Below are positions 1-12,549 of a DNA stretch of 64,000 nt, piece by piece. The translations under genes were made by a program, and so were the position numbers. How positions within the stretch are numbered: the first letter of the stretch is position 1; each line of letters opens with the position of its first letter. The notes under the pieces were generated by a model that made no database searches, was not told the origin of the DNA, and was given only the letters and a program-made list of their open reading frames with translations. Source of the DNA: Chlorokybus atmophyticus (lineage: Eukaryota; Plantae; Mesostigma and Chlorokybus algae); contig RHPI01001715.1 of NCBI GenBank assembly GCA_009103225.1, forward strand, positions 1,206,011 to 1,270,010, read 5' to 3'.

Positions 1-916
1 TTTGCTCAATAGCGACCTATGTAGCATAGCAGACAATCACCTTTCGGTCATTTTTTGCGACGGTCGGCCGCCGGTCGTTCAATAACCATCTTACCGTATG
101 CTCGGCGGCTTGCCTACCATGGCAAGCCAGTCACTATCAGTCCCCATTCTGTGACCTGCCCGCTTGTCAAGTAAGTGGCGGCAGACCACCGGTCGTCTGT
201 TAGTGCGGCGGCAACCTACTGACTATGACAATTACACGACCGCCCGTCCTTTATTGCCGGTGAGCAATGCGGAACGATGCTAATGCAATGATTGTACCAT
301 ACAACTGGTACGAAAATCCCACTATTACCATAGCACTATCGTACCATTTTCATGGTATCATGGTGCCATTATGACAACGCGTTTGAATCACCTGGGTTGC
401 CCAAGGTTCAAACGCTCAACGGCTTCAAGCAAGTTGAACAGTTGAGTTGTGCAGCAGCGGCGGCAACGGCAACGGCTAACAGTAAGCAAGTTTGCTTGGT
501 GCTGTAACGTTGTGTTATGCGCAACAACGCATGCAGCCTAACCGTCCTTCTGATCTCAGGGCGGCTAAGCCAGGCCAGGCCAGGCCAGGCGGCGGCGGCG
601 GTATATGGCAAGCAACAGAATGTGTATGTAAGTTGTCACACTCTGAGCATTGGTGTGTAAGTTGCTGTTGATGGCGTTGCTGTGATTGACTTGTGCTTAC
701 AGGAGCGGAGGCGGAGCGCAGGAGCGGCGGCTCGGTATAAGGCCTTGGATTGGGGTGGTAGTAGCAGTAGTAGTAGCAGCAGCAGTAGTAGCCGCTCACA
801 GTAGTTCATGTTGTAGCATAGTACCAGTATGACTTGCAACACATGTGATATTATAATTTACGATTATTTCATCATCGTTGACGACACTCACGTAAGGTAT
901 CGAATCATGACTGAAC

Positions 917-1140
917 GGTACCCAACCGGTACCTTTGAAGGTACCCTTCAGTAACGGCAGGTACCATAAGATACCTGTTTGTTACAATTAGTTACCGTAC
1001 AATCGCCGGTACCTAGCTATTAGGTACCGGTTAGTTACTTATCAGTTAGGTTAAGTCCCTTTTGCTTGACTGATGGGTATCCTTACAGGTACCTGTCAGT
1101 TAGAGTTAGTCCCTTTATGCAGACGATCGTCGACTGATGG
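917..1140. repeat. GGTACC palindrome cluster plus a degenerate tandem duplication
   Basis: GGTACC at 917, 928, 940, 960, 1008, 1023 and 1088. The TCAGTTAG...AGTCCCTTT...GACTGATGG unit occurs twice between ~1040 and 1140. Confidence 0.8.
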
Positions 1141-1499
1141 TAACGGCCGTTATGCTCAGGCCCTTGTATCGAGATCGCCGGCAGACTGAACAACGACAGT
1201 CTGACTGAGTATCCTCAGATCCACGACCGTCTTATATATTTGGTCGGCCGTCAGGGGTAACATCTTGCGACGTCGGCAGCCACAACCACTACTGGGCCGA
1301 CGCCGTTGTCGACAACACCGTCGACAACCACACCAACAGTTGCAGCCAGTGCAGATACACCTGGCACCACTCTGGCCCCAGTAATGGAAAAGCGCCGACA
1401 CCGCAACTATAGCTGTTAAAGCCCGTTGGTGGTAAAGATACCACCGCTACTACCACTGAGGCCGTCGCACTTGTCACGAGTACCGCTGCACTCAAAGTT

Positions 1500-4400
1500 A
1501 CTTCGTCGTAATGACTGCTGCGAGTGCCACAACCATTGCAACCGTTGATGCCGCACCCTCTGCAGCTGGCACACTCTCAACAATTGCCACTGCCGCACCA
1601 TTAAAGGTTCGTTTAGCCCTACCACCACACTTTAATGTCATTCAACATGTCCCGCGCGGACCGCAAGCAAAAGCGCGCCTGGGTGTTTGTTCTGCACAAC
1701 AAAAAATAAACAATCATTGCGTACAGACCAAGGGGGCAACGCACCACGAGTAGCCTGAGATGATCGCATTCTGCCATTCCCACCTCTAGAGTACCACACA
1801 CTTTCGGAGCCCACACAACAACCATTGCAGGATGAGATCATTGCAAACACTGCACCGGAGATGCGAGATCGTCTCTTCGGGGTCACCTATCAACAACATG
1901 CTGTGTTTGAATTAGCAATCCTGCTATTCTTGGCAATGCACGCAAAGTTGCAAGAGGCACCCGCTCGATCACGACAGGCAATGCCTGCTTAGCAAAGACT
2001 TGGACTTCGAGCCCTCACCATTGGACCCGCTCGAACTCTAGTGTCGCTCGGTGCAAGACCTCTTGGTGACCACATCAGACATTCTGCTAGGCGCTAACCC
2101 AGCACTTTGTTCAAGGGAGCCGGCAAGAGCTATATCTCAGCTCTTGAGCAAGCATACCGCTATCGATCGGATGCTATCAAGCGGCACAAGTGGATGCGCG
2201 ACGGCAGGCGTATGAAGCTTCACGTGCTGCTGCTAGCCAATCTGCATCCAAGTTGGCATCAGGCGTCGCTGGTTCTTCCACCACACTTGCGTTGGTACCA
2301 CCTTTAACCGTGATCACTCCGCTGGGGCACGTGCCCCTGTGCGCGCAGCTGCTGCTGACCAAGCGAGGGCGTTGGCGCGACAATAAAGGGGGGTAATTGC
2401 CCCGCTGCTTCCTTCCTTGGTTGTGGATATGCTCGAAAACCAGTGTGATATAGGGTGAGGTTACCTCACCCCATAAGGGGACACCACACAACGAGGTGGA
2501 GTTAGTATGGTAGGAGAGCAACAACTCCGTAATGCGCTCGTATATTAAACAGTCATGCTGCACAGGCCGGAGGGCAGTGCTTTAGGACAGATGATGGGGA
2601 TGCTGGAGGGCAGCGCAGCTCGAGCACGGATAGTGACATCCGCCGTTGACATCACCCTGATGTTCTCATGCTTGCCTTTGGCAATAGAGCATCTTGGTTG
2701 GGGGCGTTCATCCGTTCGCTTCGACAAGCATATGATGAAGTTGCCGCCACTGCTACGGACACCTTGGAGGGAGTGCAAGAGCCAATGCTACGGCTGCCAT
2801 GAGTAGAAGCAGCATCACAGCGTCGGCGCATCATCATCGCTCATAATCCACGCACGCAACAGACCAACCTTCAATGCGCCATGACGGTGCTCGATGTGGG
2901 TGTGGTATAAGGAAGGTGGGATGCCTACATGGCAGGGATATTGCGGGTCCCCTGCATCACCCACGACATGCGGCGACAGCTACTATGCATAATGTACCTG
3001 CAGCCCATGCCGTAATATCACCACTGGACCGATGTGGACACAGAGCCCACGGCCACGTTTGAAGGGGCATTTGTCTGTGAGGCAGCTTATGCTGACCGAT
3101 GGACCTACGCCGTAGAGCAAGCTGATCGCGAGGCTGGCCCACAAACACAGGGCCCACCAAGCTTCCCTTTGACACAGCCATCGGGAACACCAGCAGGCAT
3201 GATTCCAACCGCTCAAAGGCGGCACCCACCATCACCTCCACCACAACCAGCACCGGAACCCCCAGCGCAAAGACCTCCACGTGTCTATCGCCCAACACAA
3301 CAAGGTCGGTTTGGCAGAGGGAGAGGGCAAGGAGGGGATCCCCAAGACCCAGCAGGCAGAGGAGCTCTGGCTGCAATGCGCTCAGCACCCTCAGCTAGGA
3401 GATGTGAGGTACAGGTGCCAGCAGCCCACCAACAGAGGCTGCGCATCAATGCCAAGGCTGTCATGGTCGCCAACCAAGGCAAGCATGTAACTTTCAACGA
3501 CCTGGCACCCAAGCATGTGATGCTGGTTACCGGAGCACAACCTGTCATCATCGGGCGCTTTCGTGCTCGGTCCCTCAGCATCACTAGCTCGCACTTGATG
3601 CTATGTCCGTATGTGTTGACACTGCCATCGGCAGTCGCGATAAGGTGATGGGGGTCACTGAGGAGGCTTTCTGCATTCGGTTAACAGAGTTGGACCCAAC
3701 CCACACCACAGATATCGGTTAGCAATGCGTGGTCACCAATGCCGGCTCCTTCGTTTTTCTGCCTGGGCAGGGCTTCAACTTCCCCGTGGGCATGGGCGGC
3801 CCATGATGGGCCGCGACGGCTGGATAGAGCGGGCTTAATTCCGGCCACATTGGGATGGGTTCAATCATAAACCCCCATCACAGCACCAACAATGCAACTA
3901 AAGCTCGACATGAGCTCGGCCCTGCAAAAGCAAACCCCACAGTTGCTGCCATGTTTGCTGTCACCGTGTTGCGATCAGGGCGCAAGTCTAGCACCGCTGC
4001 CACAACAGCAGCTGAGGAGATGCCCGCCGTTAAGTCAACCAGTCCTACACACAGCAAAGGGAGACACTCGCGCCACCGATGTTGAGGCCGATGATGTGGA
4101 GCTGGCACCCATTGACATCAGGCAGGACATATGGCTGGACCATACCTTTCCTTCCTCCAAAGTGGTCAGCTCTTTATATGCGTGAGTGCGCGTGACAAGG
4201 ACCGCGTCTGCCAACGCACTTAGCACCGCTGTGCAGATGACAAGCTATGTTGACGCCTTCATGGTAAAGACAAGGAAGTGCCGACACCAGCCACACGTGA
4301 GGGCATCATTGCTGCTCTCCACACTGAGCTTGGACAATGTGGTATCAAACGAACAGGCAGCCCGGTGAAGGCACAATATTGGTGGCATGGGTTGTACAAG

Positions 4401-5560
4401 CAAGTGCAGGAGTTTGTAAGTCACTGCCAACGGTGTGACATGGTGCGCACCAGCCTCAACACGCGCATCGCCACACTGCACCCTCTCCCCATCTCCGATC
4501 TTCTTTATCGGTGGGGGCTCGACATCTTGGGAGACCTGTCACCCTCGGCACGCGGCAACCACTATGTATCCTTGTAAAGATCGAGCACTTTCTCTAAGTG
4601 GGTGGAGTTGGTGCCACTGCCCGGTAAGAGCAGCAGGAGGGTGTGTCAAGCCTTCCTCTCATGTCTTCAGCCGGGTTCGGCATCTGCGCTGAGGTCATCA
4701 CCGACCAAGGCACTCAGTTCAGAGGAGAATTCGACGCTCTTTTAGCAGTTGCTACATCGATCATCGACGTACCTTGCGTGACCACCCTCAAGCCGACAGT
4801 CTTGCCGAGGGCACGGTGCAGACCATCAAGAAGTCATTCCACAAGTATGTGCTAAAGTATAAAAAGAACACCTGGGATAACCACCTCCCGTGGGTGGCCC
4901 TCGGATACCAGTTGTCAAAGCAGGCGGCTCTGCGCGAGTACAGCCCGTGCTACTTGATGTTTGGCAGACCGCCATTGCTTCCCCTCCACGCAAAGCAGGA
5001 GGTGGATTGCGTAAACAACCTCAACGACCGCAACCGGATGCACCACGACATCATCACGCGCGCCGCACTGTTTGAGCGCACCGTCCCCATGGCCTTCAAC
5101 AACTTGCGCATCGCGCAAAGCCGCAACACGCTATGCTACGAGCGCGTGCGCAGTGGCTTCCACAGCGAGCGCCAACGTCAGTTTCAAGCAGGAGACTTTG
5201 CCTACCGCATCGAGGCTATTGAAGACACGCTTAACACCTCCATTGGCCGTACTGTCTACAGGGTACTCATGGTGTACACCATAGGGGTGCTGGACCTCTT
5301 CTGCCAGAACGACGAGAGGTTGAAGGACAACATGGTGAATTGCTCGCCATGTCACCTCTCTTACGTAGCTGGCTTCGCGCGCATTAAGCACCCTCGCTCC
5401 GCTCGCAGCAAGCGTTGCGAGCGCTGCGGCAGCGCCGATGATGACCTTCTTGTGACGCTTTGCGATGGCTGTAGCAAGGGACTGCATTGCTACTGCCTGG
5501 AGCCCGCGTTGGATGCAATACCCATGGAGGAGTATTGATGCGACTGCCGCGCCAACGGCC
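1500..5560 (+). mobile_element. Degenerate Ty3/Gypsy-type LTR retrotransposon internal region: gag-like with zinc-knuckle remnant, aspartic protease, integrase and C-terminal PHD finger; no RT/RNase H seen
   Basis: CYGCHE*KQH knuckle remnant (~2786-2815); protease-like MLVTGAQ (D>V in DTG, ~3520); DIWLD linker; integrase zinc-binding region (LHTELGQCG...YWWHG...CQRC, 4278-4577); core WGLDI / VITDQGTQF / HPQADSLAE / YSPCYLMFGRPP; PHD CERC...CDGC...HCYC. Several stops and frameshifts. Confidence 0.9.
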
Positions 5561-5614
5561 CTCCTCACTTGCGCTAAAAGCTGAGCCATGGAGCCGGAAC
5601 CTGTCCACAGGCTT

Positions 5615-5630
5615 AAGGGAGGTGGCTTGT
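5615..5630 (+). other. Probable polypurine tract followed by a TG dinucleotide (possible 3' LTR start)
   Basis: AAGGGAGGTGG then ct-TGT, about 75 bp after the integrase/PHD ORF stop. No matching 5' LTR found in the window. Confidence 0.4.
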
Positions 5631-6854
5631 TGACTGTGTGCCCTATCGCACAGCATGTATATTATGGTGAAGCACAACTCCACAAGTCCATATTACTCCG
5701 CAGTGGATGAGCTCCGCTAAGCACTTGCTGTCATAAGAGCGGGGTTATCTTTTGCTTTTGCTGAAGGCTACAGCTGTTCGCAGTAGCATGTTTACCAAGC
5801 ATGTCTTTTCCTACAGCTGTCCGAGACAGTGTGACCCTCGACTCTCCTCGGCTTAAGACCTTAGCTGCCACACGATCAGCCCATTCTGCAAACATGTGCG
5901 TACAACCATCCGGCTCAGAACAGCCATCCGCTTGGTCGTAGATGTCATGGGTAATAGCAGAGACACAAGCATCCGCACACGCTGCAGCAGGTGGGCAATA
6001 CGATATGCCTGCAGTTAACAGCAGACGTAAAGACGTAGACTGGATCGAATGCAACGTTACAAGTAACAACGGCCTTGTGTCACATGCACGTATGGCATGA
6101 ATTGCGGAGAAGAACATGGTATCACAAGCACTTCAACTACTTAAGCTTAATCGATGATATATGTCAGGAGAGATCTGACATATATGATAACCCAAGATGT
6201 TAACAAAGAATATACGACATGCTCCATCAAATGTGCTTATGAAGCGCATTGTTTTTGCATTACCTTCAACACGGCTCTCAAGGCTCGCAGTTGTCACCCT
6301 TAAGATGTCAAAAGAAGTGTGATAGACAACGCGGAGCACTTACGCTATTGTTGAGATTGGTTATATCGACGACATAACGGGCTATTGTATTTGTGCATGG
6401 TGTGAGCCACTAGTGTGCGTTTTTGTGCCACTCGTGTATGTGCCTGGCTCCTGTTACGCTATAGCCATCCATTATAGGCACAGATTGTAGTGCATAATGT
6501 ATGCTGTTGGATCGTTAATTGAAGAGAGAGATTGTACCGCTGTGCTGATTTATTCTCGTTAAACTCTTTACTCAAGTCTGACGAGAGTTGTTGTTGAGCG
6601 GACTTCTAAGCACATACCGGTAGGCCTACAACGTTAACATCATTAATTCATGTTCTACTCACCGCACCATAGCACTGGCCGTACCAGCGAAGGAGAAGCA
6701 GGGGCGGCTGGGTGAGCTACACGCCGCCGGCCCCGACTCCGCACTTGTTAGCTTAGCGCCTGGGTCAGGCTAGACCAGGCCAGACCAGGAGCAGGAGGAC
6801 GAGAAGCAGGAAGGTTGCTGCCACGCTGGTGTGTGCCTTCCCTACCCCACCGGT

Positions 6855-8122
6855 ATGAACGGCCGGCAGTCGCAGGGCGGCGATGGTGGCGGCGGCGGCA
6901 TCTCATATGCACAGCGAGAAAAAGATGACGACAGCTGCAGCCTGCCTGAGTCTACGTCCGCCGTGAGGCTGTTCAACGGGGTGACCGCCGCCCCTTACGG
7001 CCGATGGACGACAGGTGACTTGGCTGGGCTGGGCTGTACTACTCACAGAGACCAACACTAAGCTCTCTAGAACTTTCACTTGCAGCTGCTGGAGTGTCTA
7101 CTCAAGTGCTTCATGTAGTGTAGTGTCCTGTATGCCCTCCTCGCGGTAAGTTGGGATGTTTGCATGCTCCGATGTTTTTTTTTACCTTGCATGATGTGGC
7201 GGTGCATGTGCGAATGATATGCAACAGCGCAAATGGTGCGCAGGTGCATGCGCGTGATATTGGGTGGGTGTCAGTGCAGGTTTTTGGGCATTCTGGGCAG
7301 ACGGGTACTTGCCGTGTCTGGCGGGGTGTTTCCTCCCGTGTTTGGAGTTTGGGCGCAATGCTGAGGCGATAGACGGGTCCAACCGCTATGTGGCCGCCGC
7401 CCTGTGCTGCAGCCTCTGCCTGGTGGGGTGAGTAGCGTGTGATGAGCTTCTTGTTGTGTCTTGCGTACGCATGCGTGCGCGCGCACACACGCTTGTAAGG
7501 GCAGTCTTGTTTTATCAGTCCACTGCCTATATGTAAGCACGCAAGAGTGTTCACACAGAGGCATGCGTGTGAATGTGCGAGCGTCTTACGTGCGCACATG
7601 TGAGGGCTGTATTGTTCTATCACTACGTTACTCGTGCATGTCAACACCCGCACTGCTAGTTGTGTGCGTGTATGCGCTCGCACATGCACACGATTAGCAA
7701 CGCCATGTGCGCACACCCACACACATTCGCAACAATTTGCGGCAGGTTTCGGCAAGACTTTGGGCTTCCCTTTGCGTGCGGGCGGGTTGTTTACATGTGC
7801 CTGCAGCGCGGGAAGCTGCGTGCGAAATACGGCCTGCCAGGCCATTTCACATGGGACTTTGTCGTGTCTGTGCTCTGCTGCTGCTGCAGCCTCTGCCAGA
7901 ACGCGCGCGAACTCAAGGTGCGCATGACAACAGCTTGCTGTCAACAGACCCTGCAATAATGCATCACGGAGTTTTTGGAAGTATAGACACGTGTGTCGTA
8001 CATTACTGCGCTTGACAAATTTCGTTCGTGCGTTTCAGGTGCGTAGCGCCTTTCATGATATGGCTCAAGCCAAGGCGCACAAGCGCGAGGCACCTGCATT
8101 GCAAAAGATGACAAACGAGTAG
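6855..8122 (+). CDS. PLAC8 / Cys-rich (PCR/CNR-like) family protein, 4 exons
   Basis: Spliced product: ...GRWTTG|FWAFWADGYLPCLAGCFLPCLEFGRNAEAIDG...LCLVG|FRQDF...QRGKLRAKYGLPG...DFVVSVLCCCCSLCQNARELK|VRSAF...TNE*. GT-AG introns keep the frame. Confidence 0.92.
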
Positions 8123-9271
8123 GTGGTATTTGCACTGGGTGAAGGACATTCATTGAAGATATATATAACTAGGTATATGGAAGCATGGGCAGAACCAGGC
8201 AACTATCGATTATGTTACATATACGGCTATGTGCTGGCTGAAACTGGCTTCCAATGCCAACTACTCGTGTTGTGTGACTTGGCCTAAGCACTGGTGGCTG
8301 ACTGGGTGCAGCTGCTCAAGTCATTGTCAGCTAGCCATAATGTGAATATCTACCAATGGCTTTGACTATATGTTGACAGAGACATAGGTAAGAGTTTATA
8401 GCATGGCAAGCAATGACTCAACTAGCTCAACAAGCTAATCAAGCTTACTCCATCGCATTCGTCTGTGTAACCACACCTATCTGACTATGTACGGAAAGAT
8501 TGAAAGTCATGAGCCGCTGAAGACTTTAAGTCCACTGGTGTCTCTCCGGAGGACACCAATATGCACCAGTATTTGTATTGGGCCCCTTGATGAGTGAGTT
8601 GCTACTTTGCAACTAATATGTATGCTATGCAGTACAGCACAGCTGCGCCCATATTGTGCTATAGGGTTGACTAGACCAATATCTCCAAATAGCCAATCTA
8701 TCATCTACATGGCATATCTCACTGCAGTGCAATTATTCCATAGATCACATGTGGAGCAACACCAGGTTGCTACCTGATAAACATTGCACTGACTGAACAG
8801 CACGTGTACATTAATGCGAGACACAGGTACAAACAATGCGCAATAGACATAGTGGCATGCAGTCAGCAACATGCAGAGTGACAGTGCACGCAACTCACAC
8901 CATTGTGAGGTTGACTACCGGGTTCTTTCAATAGCTAACATACTTTCTAACACATTGCAGCACACCCCCTATGAACACTACACTATCCCGGCTATCCCGC
9001 TAGCCATTCAATTCAAGCATGCATAAGTGATCACCTGCCCACAGTGTGTGCAACAAGTCATCATTCCGCAGCACCTTACCTCAATTCCGCCACTGTCCGC
9101 GCAAATGCAGAAACCACCCGGGACACGTGCTGCTAAACAAACATGTTTACTATTGCCAATCGTACGCTTAGCCAAAATGCGCTGTGGCCAACACAGCTCG
9201 CAGCATTAATTCCAAGGTACTGCCTGCACTAGCAGTTCGCATGGCTCCAACCTACTACGACCAGGAAGCGC

Positions 9272-11880
9272 CTACAACTCATCCTGCAGAATGCATGAAG
9301 AACTCAGCAACCTTTCAACAAACAGAACACCACTATACGTGGGGTCTACCATCGGGGCTTACCTTTTCAAACTCATCCTCTTCCTCATCCTCAGGTGGAG
9401 CGTAGTCATCCTGCGCAACACATAAATGTCATGCGGCAATAGCGAATAAAGAACCATGCAGGGGCAGAGTGCACACACTGCAATGGCTGTAGGAACTACT
9501 GTGCCGACAATGTAGCAACTGCAATTACCTCCTCTTCTCCATCCATCTCCGCATCACCCCCATTCTCCTCCAAGTCCTTTTCCATGGCCTTGCGTTCTTC
9601 CTGTTGCGCGGCCAGTGATATCAGAAGTGTGAGCATCAGCACTCAGGCAGAGTGAGGGACCACCTACACGCGCATACCTCAGCCTTAGCATCTTCCTCCT
9701 TCTTGTGCTCTTCAAACATCTCCTTCTCGTTCTGTGCAAGGGGTAGCCACGATTGATGAGCATGCAGCTAAGAAGCTTCGCCATCATGCATACAAGAAAG
9801 CCCACACGCCTGGAGCAGGCAACCAACTCACCTTCTTCAGTGCGCCCCACGTGTCCTCAGCGAACTTCTTGGCATAATCCTCGTCATCAGTGAGCAGGAT
9901 GTTGTCAAAAATGGTCCCGGCCGTAACCTACCGTTACACAGAAAAGCGAGTTGGAGATGGTTATGCATTGCCATGCACACAACTAAAGTTATACTGCATG
10001 CAAGCAAGGGCATGCACGCAGCTGCATGGCCTGCTCCAGTGCACACACACCTGCCACAGCTCAAAACCAACATGCTTGATGTCGGTATACTGGTAGATGT
10101 TGGGGTCGTCTTCAAACTCTGCAAGCAGTTGCAGCGTTACTACAAGTGTGGCGCTATATTCCCAATGATGCACACCACATTGCTGCAGTCATTGCTCACC
10201 AGGGTTGTCAATGAGAGGAGCCTCCCACTTGCCCTTGTAGTCAGGGTTATCAACCATCTGTATAGTACGCATCATTTTAGCTGGCTGCCAATACACCATT
10301 GGCGGAGATCACATGCATGACGCATACCTTTGGCTTCCATGGGCCCTTGTACTCTGGGTTGTCAATCATGGGAGGCTCCCACTCTCCATCGTCCTCCTCA
10401 TCCCAGTCCTCAGGCTTCTGGGCCTCGGGATCCACAATCTTCTTGGGGATATCGTCATAGCCCTGCACAGAGATTCCAATGCGTACACATGGCAATTGCC
10501 CACAGTTGCTGCTGCATCGAAGTCACACGCCAATGACACAGTACATGACACATTGACTATGCATGTACCTCTGGCTTCTTGTCCTCAGGGTCTGGGATCT
10601 TCGGGCGCTCATCCCAATCCTCTGGCTTCTTGGCCTTAGGATCCTTGATTTGCTTGGGCGCCAGGAAATCCCAGTCCTCATACAAGCTGCCTTCAGCCTT
10701 GACCTCATTGTCGATCAGAACCTGCGCGCTCGATCGTCAATAACGGGACTGGGAATCCAACTAAGCAAAGCACAACAAACAGTAATGTCTCTTAGGCAGT
10801 GTATGCAGTACACTATAGGTAGAAACAAGCGGTAGAAATAACCTTGTAGGTGTTATCCGGCTTCACGACCAATGTGTACACATGCGAGAGCTGATCGGTC
10901 TCGCACTTGATGTCCTTCTTTGTAAGCAAGTTCTTGCCCTTGTAGGTGAAGATCACATGCACTCGCTTGGTGCTGTAGCCACAGACATCGGGGCCGAACA
11001 TAATGCTGCAAACGAGCAAGCAGAGCAGATTAATTTTCTTTACATCAATAATGCACTTGATGCCAGCATAGAATGTAACACGCAACAGACCAGCCAAAAG
11101 CCTACCTGTAAGGGGTGGCACCGCTGAACTTGCTCATGTCATTGCCGGAGGGCATAAGCTTGATGTAGCCACCACCGCAGTCGAGCTTCTGCTCATGCTT
11201 CACCTGAAACTGCAACACGAGGTCCTTGCCCTCATTGCTAAAAACCTCATCCAACTCGGAAGTGATGGCGTAGAAGCGTGCGTCGGGATTTGTCTGAATG
11301 CCTGAGACGAGAAAGGAGGGACATGTGAGAATCTCACTTGCGAGCTTGCCATTCACTTTTGCCCAACCATGACCAGCCATACCCTTGTCATCTTCGTCAC
11401 CGTACCACTTTCCAGCTGTCCACAGCCAGTCACCGTCGGTGCCTTCATCCTTCTTCCAGTCGGACTTCAACCAGCGCTTTTCCCAATCAGCTGAAACCAT
11501 GTTCGCTCAGTCTCATGTAGGTTGCACCGTTACACTGCATCATGTGCTCTGCATGGCATTGAACATGCACCAGATATACGGTGTGTACATCCTACACAGA
11601 ACTGCTTGTGCATGCGAATGGGTGTGCACAATGTGTGTCAAACACTGTGAAGGAAGGTGCATGCAAACTGATGGCTATTGGAACCAATGCATGTGTCTTC
11701 ATTGCAGGCGTTGCATTGACGACAACGTCAGTGACAATGGCGCTGCACAGCCGCAATGTGGGATTGAGGCTGTCCAAGCCTGCACTTACCGTCGTTGAAC
11801 TTCTCCTCATAATAGACCTTGGCGGCGGCTGAGGAGCAAAGCGCCAGCAGCAGCACCGCCGCAATGGCGAGCCGCGCCAT
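9272..11880 (-). CDS. CRT: Calreticulin, multi-exon, with signal peptide and C-terminal KDEL
   Basis: [28 protein letters not shown]; [12 protein letters not shown]; [15 protein letters not shown]; IMFGPDVCG; P-domain repeats KPEDWD / [13 protein letters not shown]; acidic tail ending EFEK|DEL*. Confidence 0.97.
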
Positions 11881-12389
11881 GCCTGCGATTACCTGCCAGC
11901 AGATGGACACACCACCTCAGCATAAGCACTCAGCAACTGCATGCGAACTGCAACGCTCAACAATGGCTGAAGAAGCCTGTCATTGAGTCAGGCAAGTTTG
12001 CACTGACTTGCAAGGCAGCATCGCATTGACCAACAGCAAGCGATAGCCTTGGACAGAATGAGACAGTGTCACGGCTAGAGCCACGCACAATGCACCCGGC
12101 AAGTCAGCAAGCCAGCACACACCCTTACGAGCACGGACGCCTTGAGGCTTCAGGCGGCGGCCTTTGACTACACCGTCAAGCGCTCAGCGCTGCCTCTCCT
12201 CACGGTCCTTTGGCTGCTGCACACCAACCGCCTCCTCCTCCTCTTCCTCCTTCGCGCTGGTGGTCCTCGCCCCTGCCGCCGCCTCTGCCCCTCAACAACC
12301 CAGCGAGCAGCATGCAGTGTCTAGATACTCCGACGACCTAACGTACCCTAACATAACAGCTTTAACATCACGTTAGTGCACGCACCAGC

Positions 12390-12549
12390 AGGCGGCCAAT
12401 TGCAGCCAATGCTGAAGGCCGGGGACGGTGGTATCCAATCGCATGCGGCCATGTACGTCATATGTCCGTCAGCGCCCTTGGACGTGCATCGGTTGAGGGT
12501 AGCTGAGAGGGTAACTAACGTGCGCGTCTTCGGCTGGCAGTTAGGGTTT
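12390..12549. promoter_or_regulatory. Calreticulin upstream region with CCAAT boxes, an ERSE-like element, TGACGT and a telobox
   Basis: CCAAT-N9-CCATG at 12435-12453 (ERSE consensus is CCAAT-N9-CCACG; one mismatch), TACGTCA immediately after, TTAGGGTTT at 12541-12549. Confidence 0.4.

Noticed and set aside
408-842. Short low-complexity ORFs and a GT-AG pair near the window start
   Set aside because: Built from CCAGG, GCG and TAG microrepeats, with no identifiable product.
353-6124. tRNA-Met PBS-like CA|TGGTATCA at 353-360 and 6117-6124, suggesting an LTR pair
   Set aside because: The match is only 8 nt, and the sequences upstream of the two sites show no similarity, so no LTR pair can be defined.
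5731-6339. Minus-strand ORFs with one exon-like AG...GT segment
   Set aside because: No recognisable domain, two frames are equally open, and there is no coherent multi-exon model.
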